Source: an uncultured delta proteobacterium (GTDB taxonomy: Bacteria > Desulfobacterota > Desulfuromonadia > Desulfuromonadales > JACZKF01). From it: a DNA stretch of 64,000 nt. The stretch is taken from assembly GCA_963816395.1 (NCBI GenBank), contig CAWFKQ010000005.1, forward strand, positions 256,001-320,000, read 5' to 3'. Shown piece after piece: positions 10,854 through 21,679 of the stretch. The translations under genes were made by a program, and so were the position numbers. How positions within the stretch are numbered: the stretch's first letter is position 1; each line of letters begins with the position of its first letter. A model generated the notes under the pieces. The model searched no databases. It saw only the letters and a list, made by a program, of their open reading frames with translations, and was not told where the DNA came from.

Positions 10854-12104
10854 TCACCTCAGGCGATGCGCGTAGAGGGGAAATTGCCGGCAAAGTCCCC
10901 TGACCTCTTCCCGAATCGCGGTCAGCTCCGCATCGTCACCGATGTGTTCGAGAGCCCGGGCGATCCAGCCGGCCACCCGCTCCATTTCCGGTTCACGCAG
11001 ACCGCGGGTAGTGGTCGCGGGGGTGCCGATACGAATGCCGCTGGTGACGAAGGGCGAGCGGGTGTCAAAGGGAACGGCATTCTTGTTTACGGTAATGCCG
11101 GCCTTCTCCAGGGTTTCCTCGGCCACTTTACCGGTGATTTCGGTGCCGGTGAAATCGATCAGCATCAGGTGGTTATCGGTGCCACCGGAAACCAGGCGGA
11201 ACCCCCGACTGACCAGTCCGGCAGCCAGGGCTCGGGCGTTTTTCACCACCTGCCCGGCGTAGGTTTTGAATTCGGGCTGCAGCGCCTCCTGCAGTGCCAC
11301 CGCCTTAGCAGCGATCACGTGCATCAGCGGCCCGCCCTGAATCCCGGGGAATATGTTGCTGTTGAGTTTCTTGGCGAACTCCTCCCGGCACAGAATCATC
11401 CCGCCCCGGGGGCCGCGCAGGGTCTTATGGGTGGTGGTGGTGACAAATTCGGCATGGGGAACCGGGCTTGGGTGCTCGCCGGCGGCTACCAGCCCGGCGA
11501 TATGGGCCATATCGACCATGACGACCGCTCCCACGGCATCGGCAATCCGGCGGAAGGCCACGAAGTCGATGATCCGCGGGTAGGCGCTCGCCCCGACGAC
11601 GATCATCTTCGGCCGGTGCTCCCGCGCGAGGCTCTCGACCTCCTCGTAGTCGATTGTCCCGGTATCCTGCTTCACCCCGTAGGGGATGATATTGAACAGC
11701 TTGCCGGAGAAATTGACCGGCGAACCATGGGTCAGGTGGCCACCATGCGCCAGGTTCATGCCGAGAATGGTGTCTCCGGGTTGGCAGATGGAGAAGTAGA
11801 CTGCCATGTTGGCCTGCGAACCGGAGTGGGGCTGGACGTTGGCATGTTCGGCACCGAAGAGCGCCCGCGCCCGATCGATCGCAACCTGCTCGGCGATATC
11901 GACGAACTCGCAGCCGCCGTAATAGCGCTTGCCCGGGTAGCCTTCCGCATATTTGTTGGTGAGGACCGAGCCCTGCGCTTCGAGAACCCGTTCGCTGACG
12001 AAATTCTCGGAAGCGATGAATTCCAGACTGTACTCCTGGCGCTCAGTTTCCCGGCGAATGGCCCCGGCAATTTCGGGATCGAATTTCTCAAGCATTTCCG
12101 ACAT
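10854..12104 (-). CDS. glyA: Serine hydroxymethyltransferase
   Basis: [35 protein letters not shown]. Confidence 0.98.
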   Translation of the reverse strand: MSEMLEKFDPEIAGAIRRETERQEYSLEFIASENFVSERVLEAQGSVLTNKYAEGYPGKRYYGGCEFVDIAEQVAIDRARALFGAEHANVQPHSGSQANMAVYFSICQPGDTILGMNLAHGGHLTHGSPVNFSGKLFNIIPYGVKQDTGTIDYEEVESLAREHRPKMIVVGASAYPRIIDFVAFRRIADAVGAVVMVDMAHIAGLVAAGEHPSPVPHAEFVTTTTHKTLRGPRGGMILCREEFAKKLNSNIFPGIQGGPLMHVIAAKAVALQEALQPEFKTYAGQVVKNARALAAGLVSRGFRLVSGGTDNHLMLIDFTGTEITGKVAEETLEKAGITVNKNAVPFDTRSPFVTSGIRIGTPATTTRGLREPEMERVAGWIARALEHIGDDAELTAIREEVRGLCRQFPLYAHRLR

Positions 12105-12193
12105 GCGTAACCTCCGGCAGCGGACCCGAGTCCGCGTAGTCTGCAGTGCGAAAGGAAAAAGGCAGGCTCGCGGCCTGCCTGTCCGGCGAAGGT

Positions 12194-12649
12194 TCAGTCC
12201 CGCCTATCCCGCAATTCCCGTTCGAGTCGGGCGATCTTGTCCAGGCGTTTCTGGTGCCGCCCGCCTTCGAACTCGGCATCGAGCCAGGCTGCTACCATCC
12301 GACAGGCCTGCTCGGGCGATTGGGTCCGTCCCCCCATGACCAGCACATTGGCGTTGTTGTGTTCCTTGGACATGCGGGCAGTGAATTCGTCGCTGACCAG
12401 AGCAGCCCGCACCCCGGGGAATTTATTGGCCACGATCGACATACCGATCCCCGTCCCGCAGATCAGAATTCCCTTCTCCGCCTCCCCCTGCGAAACGGCC
12501 CTGCCAACCTTCTCCCCATAATCGGGATAGTCGACGGAATCGTTGTTCAGGGTGCCGGAATCGTTGACCTCGATGCCGCGCGCCTGCAGGTAACGCTTGA
12601 TCGCCTCTTTCAGTTCAAATCCGCCATGATCGCTGGCAATAATATACAT
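12194..12649 (-). CDS. rpiB: Ribose-5-phosphate isomerase B
   Basis: [31 protein letters not shown]. Confidence 0.95.
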   Translation of the reverse strand: MYIIASDHGGFELKEAIKRYLQARGIEVNDSGTLNNDSVDYPDYGEKVGRAVSQGEAEKGILICGTGIGMSIVANKFPGVRAALVSDEFTARMSKEHNNANVLVMGGRTQSPEQACRMVAAWLDAEFEGGRHQKRLDKIARLERELRDRRD

Positions 12650-12655
12650 GATGTC

Positions 12656-13888
12656 TCAGACCCGGCGAAAAAGCAGGGTGGCGTTGGTGCCGCCGAAACC
12701 GAAGGAGTTCGAGAGGACAGTCCGCACCTCGGCCTGGCGCGCCTCGTTCGGCACATAATCGAGATCACACTCGGGATCCGGCTCCTGGTAGTTGATAGTC
12801 GGCGGCACGGCGCCGCGGTCCATCGCCAGCAAAGCGTAGACCGCCTCGATCCCGCCGGCTGCTCCCAGGCAATGGCCGGTCATGCTCTTGGTTGAGCTGA
12901 CCATCACCTTGCGGGCATGGTCGCCCAGGACGGTCTTGATGGCCATCGTCTCGTAAAGATCGTTGAAAGGAGTCGAGGTGCCATGGGCGTTGATATAATC
13001 GAGTTCTTCCGGATTAACGCCGGCGGTCTTCAGGGCCATGCGGATGCAGCGGGCGGCGCCTTCCCCGTCGGGCGCCGGGGCGGTCAGGTGGTAGGCATCG
13101 GCGGTCAGCCCGTAGCCACAGACTTCCCCATAGATCTTGGCCCCGCGTTTCCTGGCCGCCTCGTACTCCTCCAGGACGACGATTCCGGCGCCCTCGGCCA
13201 TGACGAAACCGTCGCGGCCTTTTTCGAAGGGGCGGCTGGCGCCGGCCGGATCCTCATTGCGGGTGGAGAGGGCCTTCATTACGTTGAAGCCGCCGACCCC
13301 CAGAGGGGTAATGGTCGACTCCGTACCGCCGGCAATCATCGCATCGGCATCGCCGCGCTGAATCATGCGGAAGGCATCACCAATGGAATGGGTGCCGGTC
13401 GCGCAGGCGGAGACGGAGGAGACATTCGGCCCCTTGGCCCCGTACTTGATGGAAATATGTCCCGGCGCCAGATTGATAATCAGCATGGGGATGAAAAAGG
13501 GAGAGAGTTTTTTGTAACCGCTCTCGAGCAGGGCCTTGTGATAGCGCTCGATGGCGGGCAGCCCCCCCAGTCCGGCGCCAACCAGCACGCCGACGCGTTC
13601 CGCGTTCTCTTCTGTCACCTGGAAGCCGGAGTCCTGCATCGCCAGGTCAGCAGCCCCGAGGGCAAACTGGATGAAGAGGTCCATCTTCTTGATTTCTTTT
13701 TTGTCGATGAAGACCTCTGGGTCAAAATCCCGGACCTCTCCGGCAATCTGGGTCGGCAGCCCGGAGGCATCGAAGCGGGTGATGCGATCGATCCCGGATT
13801 TGCCCTGCATCAGGGCGGCCCAGTTCTTTTCAACCCCGGTGCCGAGGGCAGAAATCACCCCGACACCCGTCACCACAACTCTGCGCAT
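12656..13888 (-). CDS. fabF: Beta-ketoacyl-ACP synthase II
   Basis: [36 protein letters not shown]. Confidence 0.97.
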   Translation of the reverse strand: MRRVVVTGVGVISALGTGVEKNWAALMQGKSGIDRITRFDASGLPTQIAGEVRDFDPEVFIDKKEIKKMDLFIQFALGAADLAMQDSGFQVTEENAERVGVLVGAGLGGLPAIERYHKALLESGYKKLSPFFIPMLIINLAPGHISIKYGAKGPNVSSVSACATGTHSIGDAFRMIQRGDADAMIAGGTESTITPLGVGGFNVMKALSTRNEDPAGASRPFEKGRDGFVMAEGAGIVVLEEYEAARKRGAKIYGEVCGYGLTADAYHLTAPAPDGEGAARCIRMALKTAGVNPEELDYINAHGTSTPFNDLYETMAIKTVLGDHARKVMVSSTKSMTGHCLGAAGGIEAVYALLAMDRGAVPPTINYQEPDPECDLDYVPNEARQAEVRTVLSNSFGFGGTNATLLFRRV

Positions 13889-13992
13889 GGCTGTTTTGTT
13901 CCTCCATGTGGATAGTTAAACCCGGCTACTCAGGCATTATGCCACAGTTGCCGGAACAGGGATAGCTTATGAGTGGGGAAGCGAAACAGACG

Positions 13993-14024
13993 CGGGGAGG
14001 AGGAAAAACGATTCCTCCTCCCCG
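13993..14024 (-). terminator. Hairpin downstream of acpP
   Basis: CGGGGAGGAGGAA-loop-TTCCTCCTCCCCG. Confidence 0.65.
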
Positions 14025-14033
14025 GTGTGTCGA

Positions 14034-14267
14034 TCAGGCATGTTCGCTGATATAATCGACGGCGTCCTGCACGGTCTGGATTTTCTCGGCGTCCTCGTCG
14101 GAAATTTCGATATCGAATTCTTCCTCGAGAGCCATGACCAGTTCAACGGTGTCCAGGGAATCAGCGCCGAGGTCCTCCATGAAGGACGCCTCGCTGGTCA
14201 CCTGATCCTCATCCACGCCGAGCTGTTCCGCCACAATCTGTTTCACTCTTTCAGCAATCGAAGCCAT
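14034..14267 (-). CDS. acpP: Acyl carrier protein
   Basis: [28 protein letters not shown] before MASIAERVK. Confidence 0.97.
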   Translation of the reverse strand: MASIAERVKQIVAEQLGVDEDQVTSEASFMEDLGADSLDTVELVMALEEEFDIEISDEDAEKIQTVQDAVDYISEHA

Positions 14268-14340
14268 TTGCTTCACCTCCTTGGTTGTTTTCGGGCCGAT
14301 TCTGGATCGACGAAAATGTTTGTTCCAACGGACAAGAGTT

Positions 14341-15078
14341 TTACATGTACATGCCGCCGTTGACGCCGAGGACCTGACCGGTGATGTAACCGGAAGCTTC
14401 GGCAGACAGGAAGAGAACGGCATTGGCAATATCATCGGCGGTCCCGAGACGCTCCAGGGGAATCTGGGCGGCCAGTTCCTGCCGGGTTTTTTCCGGCAGC
14501 GCCTCGGTCATGTCGGTGGCAATGAATCCGGGGGCGACGGCGTTGACGGTAACATTGCGCCGGGCCAGCTCCCGGGCGTTCGATTTGGTCAACCCTATCA
14601 GGCCGGCTTTGCTGGCGCAGTAGTTGGCCTGGCCGGCATTGCCCATCTGGCCAACGATCGAGGCGATATTGATGATCCGACCGTAACGCTGCTTGGTCAT
14701 GAGCTTTGCGGCGGCCCTGGTGCAGAGGAAGGCTCCCTTGAGATTGACGGAGAGCACCGCATCCCAGTCTGCGTCCTTCATCCGCAGCAGCAAGGCGTCG
14801 CGGGTGATGCCGGCATTGTTGACCAGGATATCGACCCGCCCGAAGGCCTTGACCGACTCCTCGAAAATCCGCTCAGCATCCGCCACCACCGTCACGTTGC
14901 CTTGCACGGCAACCGCCTGCCCGCCATTGGACTGGATCTCCGCTGCCAGTTTCTCGGTACCTTCCAGGTCGATATCGACGGCAACGATGCGCGCCCCCTG
15001 CCCTGCCAGGGCCAACGCAATGGCCTTCCCGATACCACGTGAAGCACCGGTGACCACGGCTACTTTATCCTTCGGCAT
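14341..15078 (-). CDS. fabG: 3-oxoacyl-ACP reductase
   Basis: [34 protein letters not shown]. Confidence 0.96.
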   Translation of the reverse strand: MPKDKVAVVTGASRGIGKAIALALAGQGARIVAVDIDLEGTEKLAAEIQSNGGQAVAVQGNVTVVADAERIFEESVKAFGRVDILVNNAGITRDALLLRMKDADWDAVLSVNLKGAFLCTRAAAKLMTKQRYGRIINIASIVGQMGNAGQANYCASKAGLIGLTKSNARELARRNVTVNAVAPGFIATDMTEALPEKTRQELAAQIPLERLGTADDIANAVLFLSAEASGYITGQVLGVNGGMYM

Positions 15079-15121
15079 AAAGAACTCCTTCATTTAAATT
15101 GCCCCGGGGCTTCGCCCGCGG

Positions 15122-16036
15122 CTACAGGCCCTTGAGTCCGGCGGTATCCTCGATGCTCTGCACGGCGACCTCGCGGGCGATCCGTTTGCTCAGGCCACCA
15201 AGTACTTTGCCCGGCCCGATTTCAATAAAGCGCTCGCATCCCAGAGCGGCCATCCGGCGCACCGACTCTTCCCAGCGGACCGGCCCGCTCACCTGGGCGA
15301 CCAGCAGTTCACGGACCCTGGCAGGCTCCTGGTTCGGCTCCGCCTCGACATTAGTGACCACCGGCACCGCCAGAGGAGAAACTTCGATCCCCGCCAGCAC
15401 CTCAGCCAGCCGCTCACCGGCCGGCCGCATCAGGGCACAATGGAAAGGGGCGCTGACCGGGAGCGGCAGAGCCCGTTTGGCACCGCGTTCCCGGGCCAGG
15501 GCGACCGCCCGCTCGACGGCGGCGGCATGCCCGGCAATCACCACCTGTCCGGGGCAGTTGAAATTTGCCGGCGAGACGACCTCTCCCTGCGCCGCTTCCG
15601 AGCAGAGCTCCTCGATCGCCCCGCTCTCCAAACCCATGACCGCCGCCATGGCGCCGGCGCCAACCGGCACCGCCTCCTGCATGAAGGCACCCCGACGACG
15701 CACCGTGCGCACGGCATCGGCAAACGTCAGGGAACCGGCGGCGACCAGAGCCGAATACTCACCGAGGGAGTGACCGGCGGCAAAACCGGGCACCAGCCCG
15801 GACTCCTGCTGGACGACCCGCAGAGCGGCAATACTGACGGTCAGGATAGAGGGTTGGGTATTGGTGGTCAACCGCAACTCCTCCTCCGAACCGTTGAAGC
15901 AGAGATTTGCCATGTTCATGCCGAGGGCGTCGCCAGCCTCCTCGAAAACCTGTCGGGCGATGGCGAAATTGTCGGCGAGATCTTTGCCCATTCCGGGGTA
16001 CTGCGACCCCTGACCGGGGAAAACAAAAGCAATCAT
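15122..16036 (-). CDS. fabD: Malonyl-CoA-ACP transacylase
   Basis: FPGQGSQ, GHSLGEY, VSAPFH. Confidence 0.96.
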   Translation of the reverse strand: MIAFVFPGQGSQYPGMGKDLADNFAIARQVFEEAGDALGMNMANLCFNGSEEELRLTTNTQPSILTVSIAALRVVQQESGLVPGFAAGHSLGEYSALVAAGSLTFADAVRTVRRRGAFMQEAVPVGAGAMAAVMGLESGAIEELCSEAAQGEVVSPANFNCPGQVVIAGHAAAVERAVALARERGAKRALPLPVSAPFHCALMRPAGERLAEVLAGIEVSPLAVPVVTNVEAEPNQEPARVRELLVAQVSGPVRWEESVRRMAALGCERFIEIGPGKVLGGLSKRIAREVAVQSIEDTAGLKGL

Positions 16037-16063
16037 GAAATCAGAGTTCCTCCTCAGGCCGCA

Positions 16064-17104
16064 TCACCGGCCCCGGCCGGGAATAGCCCCTGCCAAGCCT
16101 TGACCGTTCTGCTGCAGTTGGGCCACCAACTGGTCGTTCACCCGCTTGGCGACATACTCATGCGCCAGGCGGATCGCGTTCATGATGGCTCGTGGGCTGG
16201 AACCGCCATGACAGATCATCCCCGTACCTTCGATGCCGAGCAGGGGTGCTCCCCCATATTCCGCATAATCGACTCTGCGGCGAAACGCCGCGAAAGAGGG
16301 GCGAGCCATCAGGTAGCCGAGTTTGGACAGGAAACGGCCGCCGAATTCCCGGCGCAGCATAGTGGCCAGCGACTCGGCCAGCCCTTCGGAAACCTTGAGC
16401 ACAACATTGCCGACGAAACCATCGCAGACCACGACATCCGCGGTTCCGTTATAGATGTCCCTGCCCTCGACATATCCGAGATAATTGAAGGACGCCCCTT
16501 TCAGCAGCTGGTGCGCCTCGCGCGTCAGTTCATTCCCCTTGCTCTCCTCCTCGCCGTTGGAGAGCAGCCCGACCCGGGGATTCGGTTTGCCCAGTACGTG
16601 GCGGGCATAAACCTCTCCCATCAGGGCGAACTGTGCCAGATGGTGAGGTTTGCAGTCGACATTGCCGCCGACATCGAGGACCAGGGTTTCGGCTTTGAGA
16701 TTTGGCAGGATGGTGGCGATCGCCGGGCGGTCGATCCCCCAGATCCGTTTGAGAACGAACATTCCCGCCGCCATGGTGGCACCCGAATTCCCGGCGCTGA
16801 CCACGGCATGGGACTCGCCGTTCTTGACCAGGTTGAAAGCGACCCGGATGGAAGAGTCCTTCTTCTTTCGGACGGCATCCGAAGCCGAGTCGTGCATTCC
16901 GACGACTTCACTGGCGTGCCGGACGGCGATATCCAGGCCGTCGGTCGAATGTTTCTTGAGTTCTTCCTCGATTCTGTCCGACTGACCGACCAGAACAACG
17001 GGAATCCCCCAGCGCCGGGCAGCAGCCACCGCCCCTTCGACTTCAGCGGCAGGGGCGTAATCGCCGCCCATGGCATCGACCGCGACGATAATCCGCTCCT
17101 TCAA
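16064..17104 (-). CDS. plsX: Phosphate acyltransferase
   Basis: [28 protein letters not shown]. Confidence 0.96.
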   Translation of the reverse strand: MKERIIVAVDAMGGDYAPAAEVEGAVAAARRWGIPVVLVGQSDRIEEELKKHSTDGLDIAVRHASEVVGMHDSASDAVRKKKDSSIRVAFNLVKNGESHAVVSAGNSGATMAAGMFVLKRIWGIDRPAIATILPNLKAETLVLDVGGNVDCKPHHLAQFALMGEVYARHVLGKPNPRVGLLSNGEEESKGNELTREAHQLLKGASFNYLGYVEGRDIYNGTADVVVCDGFVGNVVLKVSEGLAESLATMLRREFGGRFLSKLGYLMARPSFAAFRRRVDYAEYGGAPLLGIEGTGMICHGGSSPRAIMNAIRLAHEYVAKRVNDQLVAQLQQNGQGLAGAIPGRGR

Positions 17105-17116
17105 TCGAGGGACCCC

Positions 17117-17296
17117 TTACTCTTCCTTGCCGATGACTTCTTTACCCTTGTAGGTCCCGCAGCTGGGGCAGACACGGTGGGGCTGTTTGGGCTCTTTACA
17201 CTGCGGACAGATGGAGATGCCGGGGGCCGACAGAGCATCATGAGCCCGACGCATGTCACGCCGCGATTTGGAGGTTTTCTTCTTGGGCACTGCCAT
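17117..17296 (-). CDS. rpmF: 50S ribosomal protein L32 (not in the ORF track)
   Basis: Manual translation [59 protein letters not shown]. Confidence 0.95.
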   Translation of the reverse strand: MAVPKKKTSKSRRDMRRAHDALSAPGISICPQCKEPKQPHRVCPSCGTYKGKEVIGKEE

Positions 17297-17394
17297 GGCA
17301 ACGTTTCTCCTTTGACACCGACCGGCCCTCGCCGTCCGGTTGATAATGAATGCTCACCTGAGCCGAGGAAAGCGGCCCTGAATGGCGGAACGTA

Positions 17395-17961
17395 CTAAGA
17401 CTCTTTCTTCGTTTCTACCTTGAGGTCCTTCAGGGCAGCAAATTTGTTTCCGAAGACCGGCGGCGTGCACCCGCATGGCTTTCGGTTCAGATCGGCCCCG
17501 CAGTGAGGGCAGAGCCCCCGGCAGGAGACATTGCACAACGGCTGCAGCGGCAAGGCCATAACCACCTGTTCCTGGAGCCCTTCCCGAAGGTCGATTTCCT
17601 CCCCCTGAAAGGGAATCAGGCCCAGGTCTTCAGGGGTCAGCTCGATCCCCTCTTCATCCTCGGAGTCAATAGCCTCGGGAATATCCCTGGCATAGGTAAG
17701 ATCGAATGAGACAGCCAGCGGCGCCTCGAATGCCTGCAGGCAGCGGCTGCAGGGGTATCGCAGCCTGGTATCCAGCGACCCTTCCACTTCCACCAGCTCC
17801 TGGACCCGAATGGCCCGCAACCTGATCTGCAGCGGTGCCAGGAAGGCGATGCCTTCCTCTTCCGCTGTCAGTTCGGCGAGAGCGGGGAAATCCTCGGGCG
17901 GTTCGCTGAATTCGAGTAACAGCCCGTTTTCCTTGATGTCATCGACGCGCAGGCGCATCAT
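17395..17961 (-). CDS. yceD: DUF177/YceD family protein
   Basis: CSRCL, PLCNVSCRGLCPHCGADLN; directly upstream of rpmF. Confidence 0.88.
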   Translation of the reverse strand: MMRLRVDDIKENGLLLEFSEPPEDFPALAELTAEEEGIAFLAPLQIRLRAIRVQELVEVEGSLDTRLRYPCSRCLQAFEAPLAVSFDLTYARDIPEAIDSEDEEGIELTPEDLGLIPFQGEEIDLREGLQEQVVMALPLQPLCNVSCRGLCPHCGADLNRKPCGCTPPVFGNKFAALKDLKVETKKES

Positions 17962-18170
17962 GGCTTTCTCCGGTCCGCTCGAAGACGGTTAGTATAAGAA
18001 GTGCCTTCTCTTTGTCAAGAAGAAAACAGTTCCCTTCCCAGGCCCGACGCGCAACCTGTATTAGCTTATTCCCCGCCATTTTGCAAGTGATTAATTCCCC
18101 CCGCGGCCCGCCCTTGCATTCCCTGCCGCCATGGAGTAGAAAGGTGTTCAATGCCAATCGAGAGTAACCG

Positions 18171-18993
18171 ATGTCTACGCTCAGAGCAAGCCAGGCACTT
18201 GGCCGTCTGGTGGAAATCATGGCCCTTCTCCGCGCCCCGGAAAAAGGTTGCCCCTGGGATGCCGAGCAGACCCCGGAAAGCCTCCTTCCCTATCTGGTGG
18301 AGGAGACCCACGAGGTCCTGGAGGCGATCGAGACGGGCGATCCGGCGGCCATCCGGGAGGAACTCGGCGACCTGCTCCTGCAGATCGTTTTCCAGGCGCG
18401 AATATTCGAGGAACGCGGTGAATTCGACATGGCGGCGGTAAGCGAGACGATCGTCGAGAAACTGATCCGGCGCCATCCGCATGTCTTCGCCGACCAGACC
18501 GATCGCGACCCGCAGGCCCTCGCCGCCCAGTGGGAACGGATCAAGGCTGCCGAGAAGCCGCAGAGGGAAGAAACAGTGCAGCACCCTGGCCGGCGTCCCG
18601 CGCAGCCTGCCGGCTTTGCGCAGAGCGCGAAAAGTGAGTGAAAAAGCCAGTCGAGTCGGTTTCGACTGGCCGGACGCCCGTGGTATCCTGGACAAAGTCA
18701 GGGAAGAACTGGAGGAGCTGGAACAGGCGCTCGAAACGCAAGACCGTACAGGAACGGAAGCGGAGCTCGGAGACCTGCTCTTCTCCCTGGTCAATCTGGG
18801 ACGCTTTTTCGCCATAGATGCCGAGGATGCTCTGCGCCGAACCATCGACCGCTTCCAGCGGCGCTTCGCTCATATCGAGAAAACCGTCCGCAATCAGGGG
18901 CGCTTTCTGCAGGATGCAAGCCCCGAGGAAATGGAGATTCTATGGCAGGAAGCCAAGGCGATTGAACAGGGCCGGACCCCGTCATTTGAATAA
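18171..18993 (+). CDS. mazG: Nucleoside triphosphate pyrophosphohydrolase (apparent frameshift near 18570)
   Basis: GCPWDAEQT, EELGDLLLQ, RRHPHVF in one frame; VGFDW, ELGDLLFSLVN in another. Confidence 0.9.
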
Positions 18994-19023
18994 AAACAAC
19001 GGCCATTCAATAATCTCCTGCCC

Positions 19024-19069
19024 TTTTCCACAAAACCTGTGGAGAACATGTGGAAAACCATGTGGACAG
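19024..19069. promoter_or_regulatory. Cluster of four DnaA-box-like 9-mers
   Basis: TTTTCCACA 19024, TGTGGAGAA 19038, TGTGGAAAA 19049, TGTGGACAG 19061 versus consensus TTWTNCACA. Confidence 0.65.
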
Positions 19070-19225
19070 CCTTTTCGCGCGGGGATTTTTCAGGCCGACT
19101 GACAACTTGCCCATTTTTTGAACAATAAATTTTCCTTATGTTTTTCGGTGGTTTGTATATTTCCATGGAAAAATTCGAGATCTGTAAATTTTTCTAACCA
19201 TGCCTCGTCACCAGAAGATGGAAAA

Positions 19226-19618
19226 ATGTTTATAAGACTGCTGGTTATCTTCATCTGCATACCGGCCATCGAACTTTATGTCCTGCTGCAGGTCCATCAC
19301 CTCATCGGTACCGCGCCAACCATCGCGCTCATCCTGCTGACCGGGATTGCCGGCGCCTACCTGGCCCGTACCCAGGGGATAGCCATTCTGCAGCGCATTG
19401 CGGCGGAACTCAATGCCGGGCGGCTCCCTGGCGAAGAACTCCTCGACGGTGCCATGGTCCTGACCGGAGGGATTCTTCTCCTGACGCCCGGATTCTGCAC
19501 CGACCTGCTGGGCTTTCTCATTCTCGTTCCCTGGAGCCGTGCCTGCCTCAAGAGAGCCGTCCGTTATCTTCTGCAGCGGATGATCGAACGAGGGGAAATA
19601 CACATTCACCGGCCCTGA
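19226..19618 (+). CDS. fxsA: FxsA family membrane protein
   Basis: PAIELY, LARTQG, GGILLLTPGFCTDLLG. Confidence 0.88.
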   Translation: MFIRLLVIFICIPAIELYVLLQVHHLIGTAPTIALILLTGIAGAYLARTQGIAILQRIAAELNAGRLPGEELLDGAMVLTGGILLLTPGFCTDLLGFLILVPWSRACLKRAVRYLLQRMIERGEIHIHRP

Positions 19619-19685
19619 TGGGAGGTTGTCAGTTTGCAGTTCACAGTTTGCAGTACACATCTGCAACAACTGACAACTGACAACT

Positions 19686-19720
19686 AAAAAAGCCTGCAGG
19701 AATCCCGCAGGCCTTTTTTC
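19686..19720. terminator. Bidirectional terminator
   Basis: AAAAAAGCCTGCAGG-AAT-CCCGCAGGCCTTTTTT between convergent genes. Confidence 0.75.
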
Positions 19721-19789
19721 TTTTCATTTCGTGCCGACCACTCCACCAGCCGGTTGCGGCTCTACCAGGTAGCCGGCTGCCGCCAGGAA

Positions 19790-20260
19790 TCAGTTCTCCG
19801 GCAGGAAGTGCTGCTCGTAGAGATCCTCCAGCGACTGCAGATGCCTGGTTTCGTCGTTGAAGATGCGCTCAAAGAGGTTGCCCATGGGCGCGCCGGCGCA
19901 TCCCTGGGCCATTCGCCGATAAAACTCGAGGGATTCCTTTTCCAGGTGAATGGCGTAGGCGAGCGCCTGCCGCCCATCGGCATCAGGGGCAAGCTCGGTC
20001 TTCTTCAGAACGTAATCGAGATTCATGGTCGGCACCGGCTGGTCGAGAAGGTGCATGGCCAGTTCTCCATCTACCAGGGCCTTCTCCAGCTGGTGCTTAT
20101 GTTCCAACTCGTCAAGAGCGGCATCCCGGAGGATAAGCCGGGCATTCCGGTCCTTCAGGATGCGCAGGGCCCGCTGGTAACTTCGGAAGCCATCCTCTTC
20201 CATTTTAACCGCCATCTCGACGGCGGCCTCAAAGGTATAACACGCCTGTTCCTGCGTCAT
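19790..20260 (-). CDS. Ferritin-like / rubrerythrin family protein
   Basis: Di-iron ExxH motifs (ELEH, ETRH) and AIHLEKESLEFY. Confidence 0.8.
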   Translation of the reverse strand: MTQEQACYTFEAAVEMAVKMEEDGFRSYQRALRILKDRNARLILRDAALDELEHKHQLEKALVDGELAMHLLDQPVPTMNLDYVLKKTELAPDADGRQALAYAIHLEKESLEFYRRMAQGCAGAPMGNLFERIFNDETRHLQSLEDLYEQHFLPEN

Positions 20261-20357
20261 ATTGCCGATCCTATTTATTCGACCGGAAACGGTTCCTTTC
20301 CGACGAAACTGCTCTGTGTCCATCCGGGGTTTCCGGATGGACCCTAGTTACATCCTG

Positions 20358-20552
20358 CTAGTAGATGACGATGTAGCCGTGCCGTTCCGCAATACGGGAA
20401 ATTTCCAGGACATCCCGCAGGCGGTATTCTGAACCGTCAAGAACGAAGGTGTAGCCGCCATCGGGCTCTTCCCTGGTCAGGCTGATCAGATATTCGAAAC
20501 TGGCAGTCTTGACTGTTTCCAATGCACCCTCCACGACGGCCTCTTTTATCAT
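20358..20552 (-). CDS. Small hypothetical protein
   Basis: 64 aa ORF filling the gap, plausible composition. Confidence 0.55.
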   Translation of the reverse strand: MIKEAVVEGALETVKTASFEYLISLTREEPDGGYTFVLDGSEYRLRDVLEISRIAERHGYIVIY

Positions 20553-20685
20553 ACCGGGGGAAGATTCACAACCGCTTTATCGGCCTCGTTTCATCGGCAT
20601 CGCCCGCAGATCGATGCCAGCAGTGGCCCGATCTTTTGCTTCCCGGTTGCCAAGACCGGGACTTTCATGATAATAATCTGGCCCC

Positions 20686-21670
20686 ATGCGAATACTGAAA
20701 CCAACTCTGGCGATTTCGGCCGTGCTGGGCCTGCTGCTGCTGCACCTCCCGGAGACCCGGGAAAACCGCGAGGACAGCCTCTCCCGACCCGTTGCGGAAG
20801 TCTTCACCCCCGCCTCGCACCGGGACCTGGAAGAAATCTTCGCCGCCCGTGATTACGACTGGGAAACGGTCTCTGCCGGCGTCCCGCCCATCATCCTGAA
20901 AAGCTTTCCGGCGGATTTCTCCCAGAATTCCCGAAGTCGGTGAGAGAAAGAGGCTGTTCTTCCTCTCGCTGCTGCCGATGGTGCTCCTCGAGAACGCGGA
21001 AATCAGTCGACAGCGCCGCGAGCTAAAGGCCGCCTTCGCCGCGTGCGACCGGGGAGAGCTGCCGAATGGTGAAGAGCTGCGGCGGCTGGCGGCGCTGGCC
21101 GACCGTTACCAGATCGAGGCCGCTCCTTTGACCGTTCAGGGGCGGCGGGCTCTGCTGCGCCGGCTCGATGTCATCCCCCCCGCCCTGGTCCTGGCCCAGG
21201 CGGCCAACGAATCGGGATACGGCACTTCCCGCTTTACCCTGTCCGGCAACAATCTCTTCGGAGAATGGACCTTCAAGCGGGGCCGGGGCATGATTCCCCT
21301 GCGGCGCCCGGCCGGGGAATGGTACGAAGTCCGGCGCTTCGCCAGCGTCTACGACTCGGTTAAGTCGTATATGCGAAATCTCAACTCCCATGCGGCTTAC
21401 CGCCTCTTCCGCAGCCGCAGGGCCTGGCTGCGGGCCAAAGGTCAGCCCCTGCTGGCCACCGATCTGGCCCGCGGCCTGGAGCAGTATTCGCAACGCGGCC
21501 GCGCTTACGTCGAGGATATCCGCACCATTATCCGGCGCAACCAACTGGCCCTGCTCTCCTCGGTCAGCCTCCGCCTCCCCTCCCCTGCCCCCGAAACGGC
21601 GGGCGGAGCCGGTATCCTTTCCTACCTGCCGCCCGGCACCGACCAAGTCGCCCGATCCGAAAAGATGTAA
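20686..21670 (+). CDS. Glucosaminidase-domain (Bax-like) protein (apparent frameshift near 20930)
   Basis: LAQAANESGYGTSRF, GNNLFG, SYMRNLNSH, YSQRG; hydrophobic N-terminus in the upstream frame. Confidence 0.8.
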
Positions 21671-21679
21671 CCGGGTTCT

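Noticed and set aside
6863..17398. Long plus-strand ORFs (e.g. 6863..8251, 10731..12110, 15440..17398)
   Set aside because: Antisense shadows of well-supported minus-strand housekeeping genes in GC-rich DNA.
19024..19200. Calling the DnaA-box cluster oriC
   Set aside because: No dnaA, dnaN, gidA or rpmH context and only four boxes; kept as a regulatory-site hypothesis.
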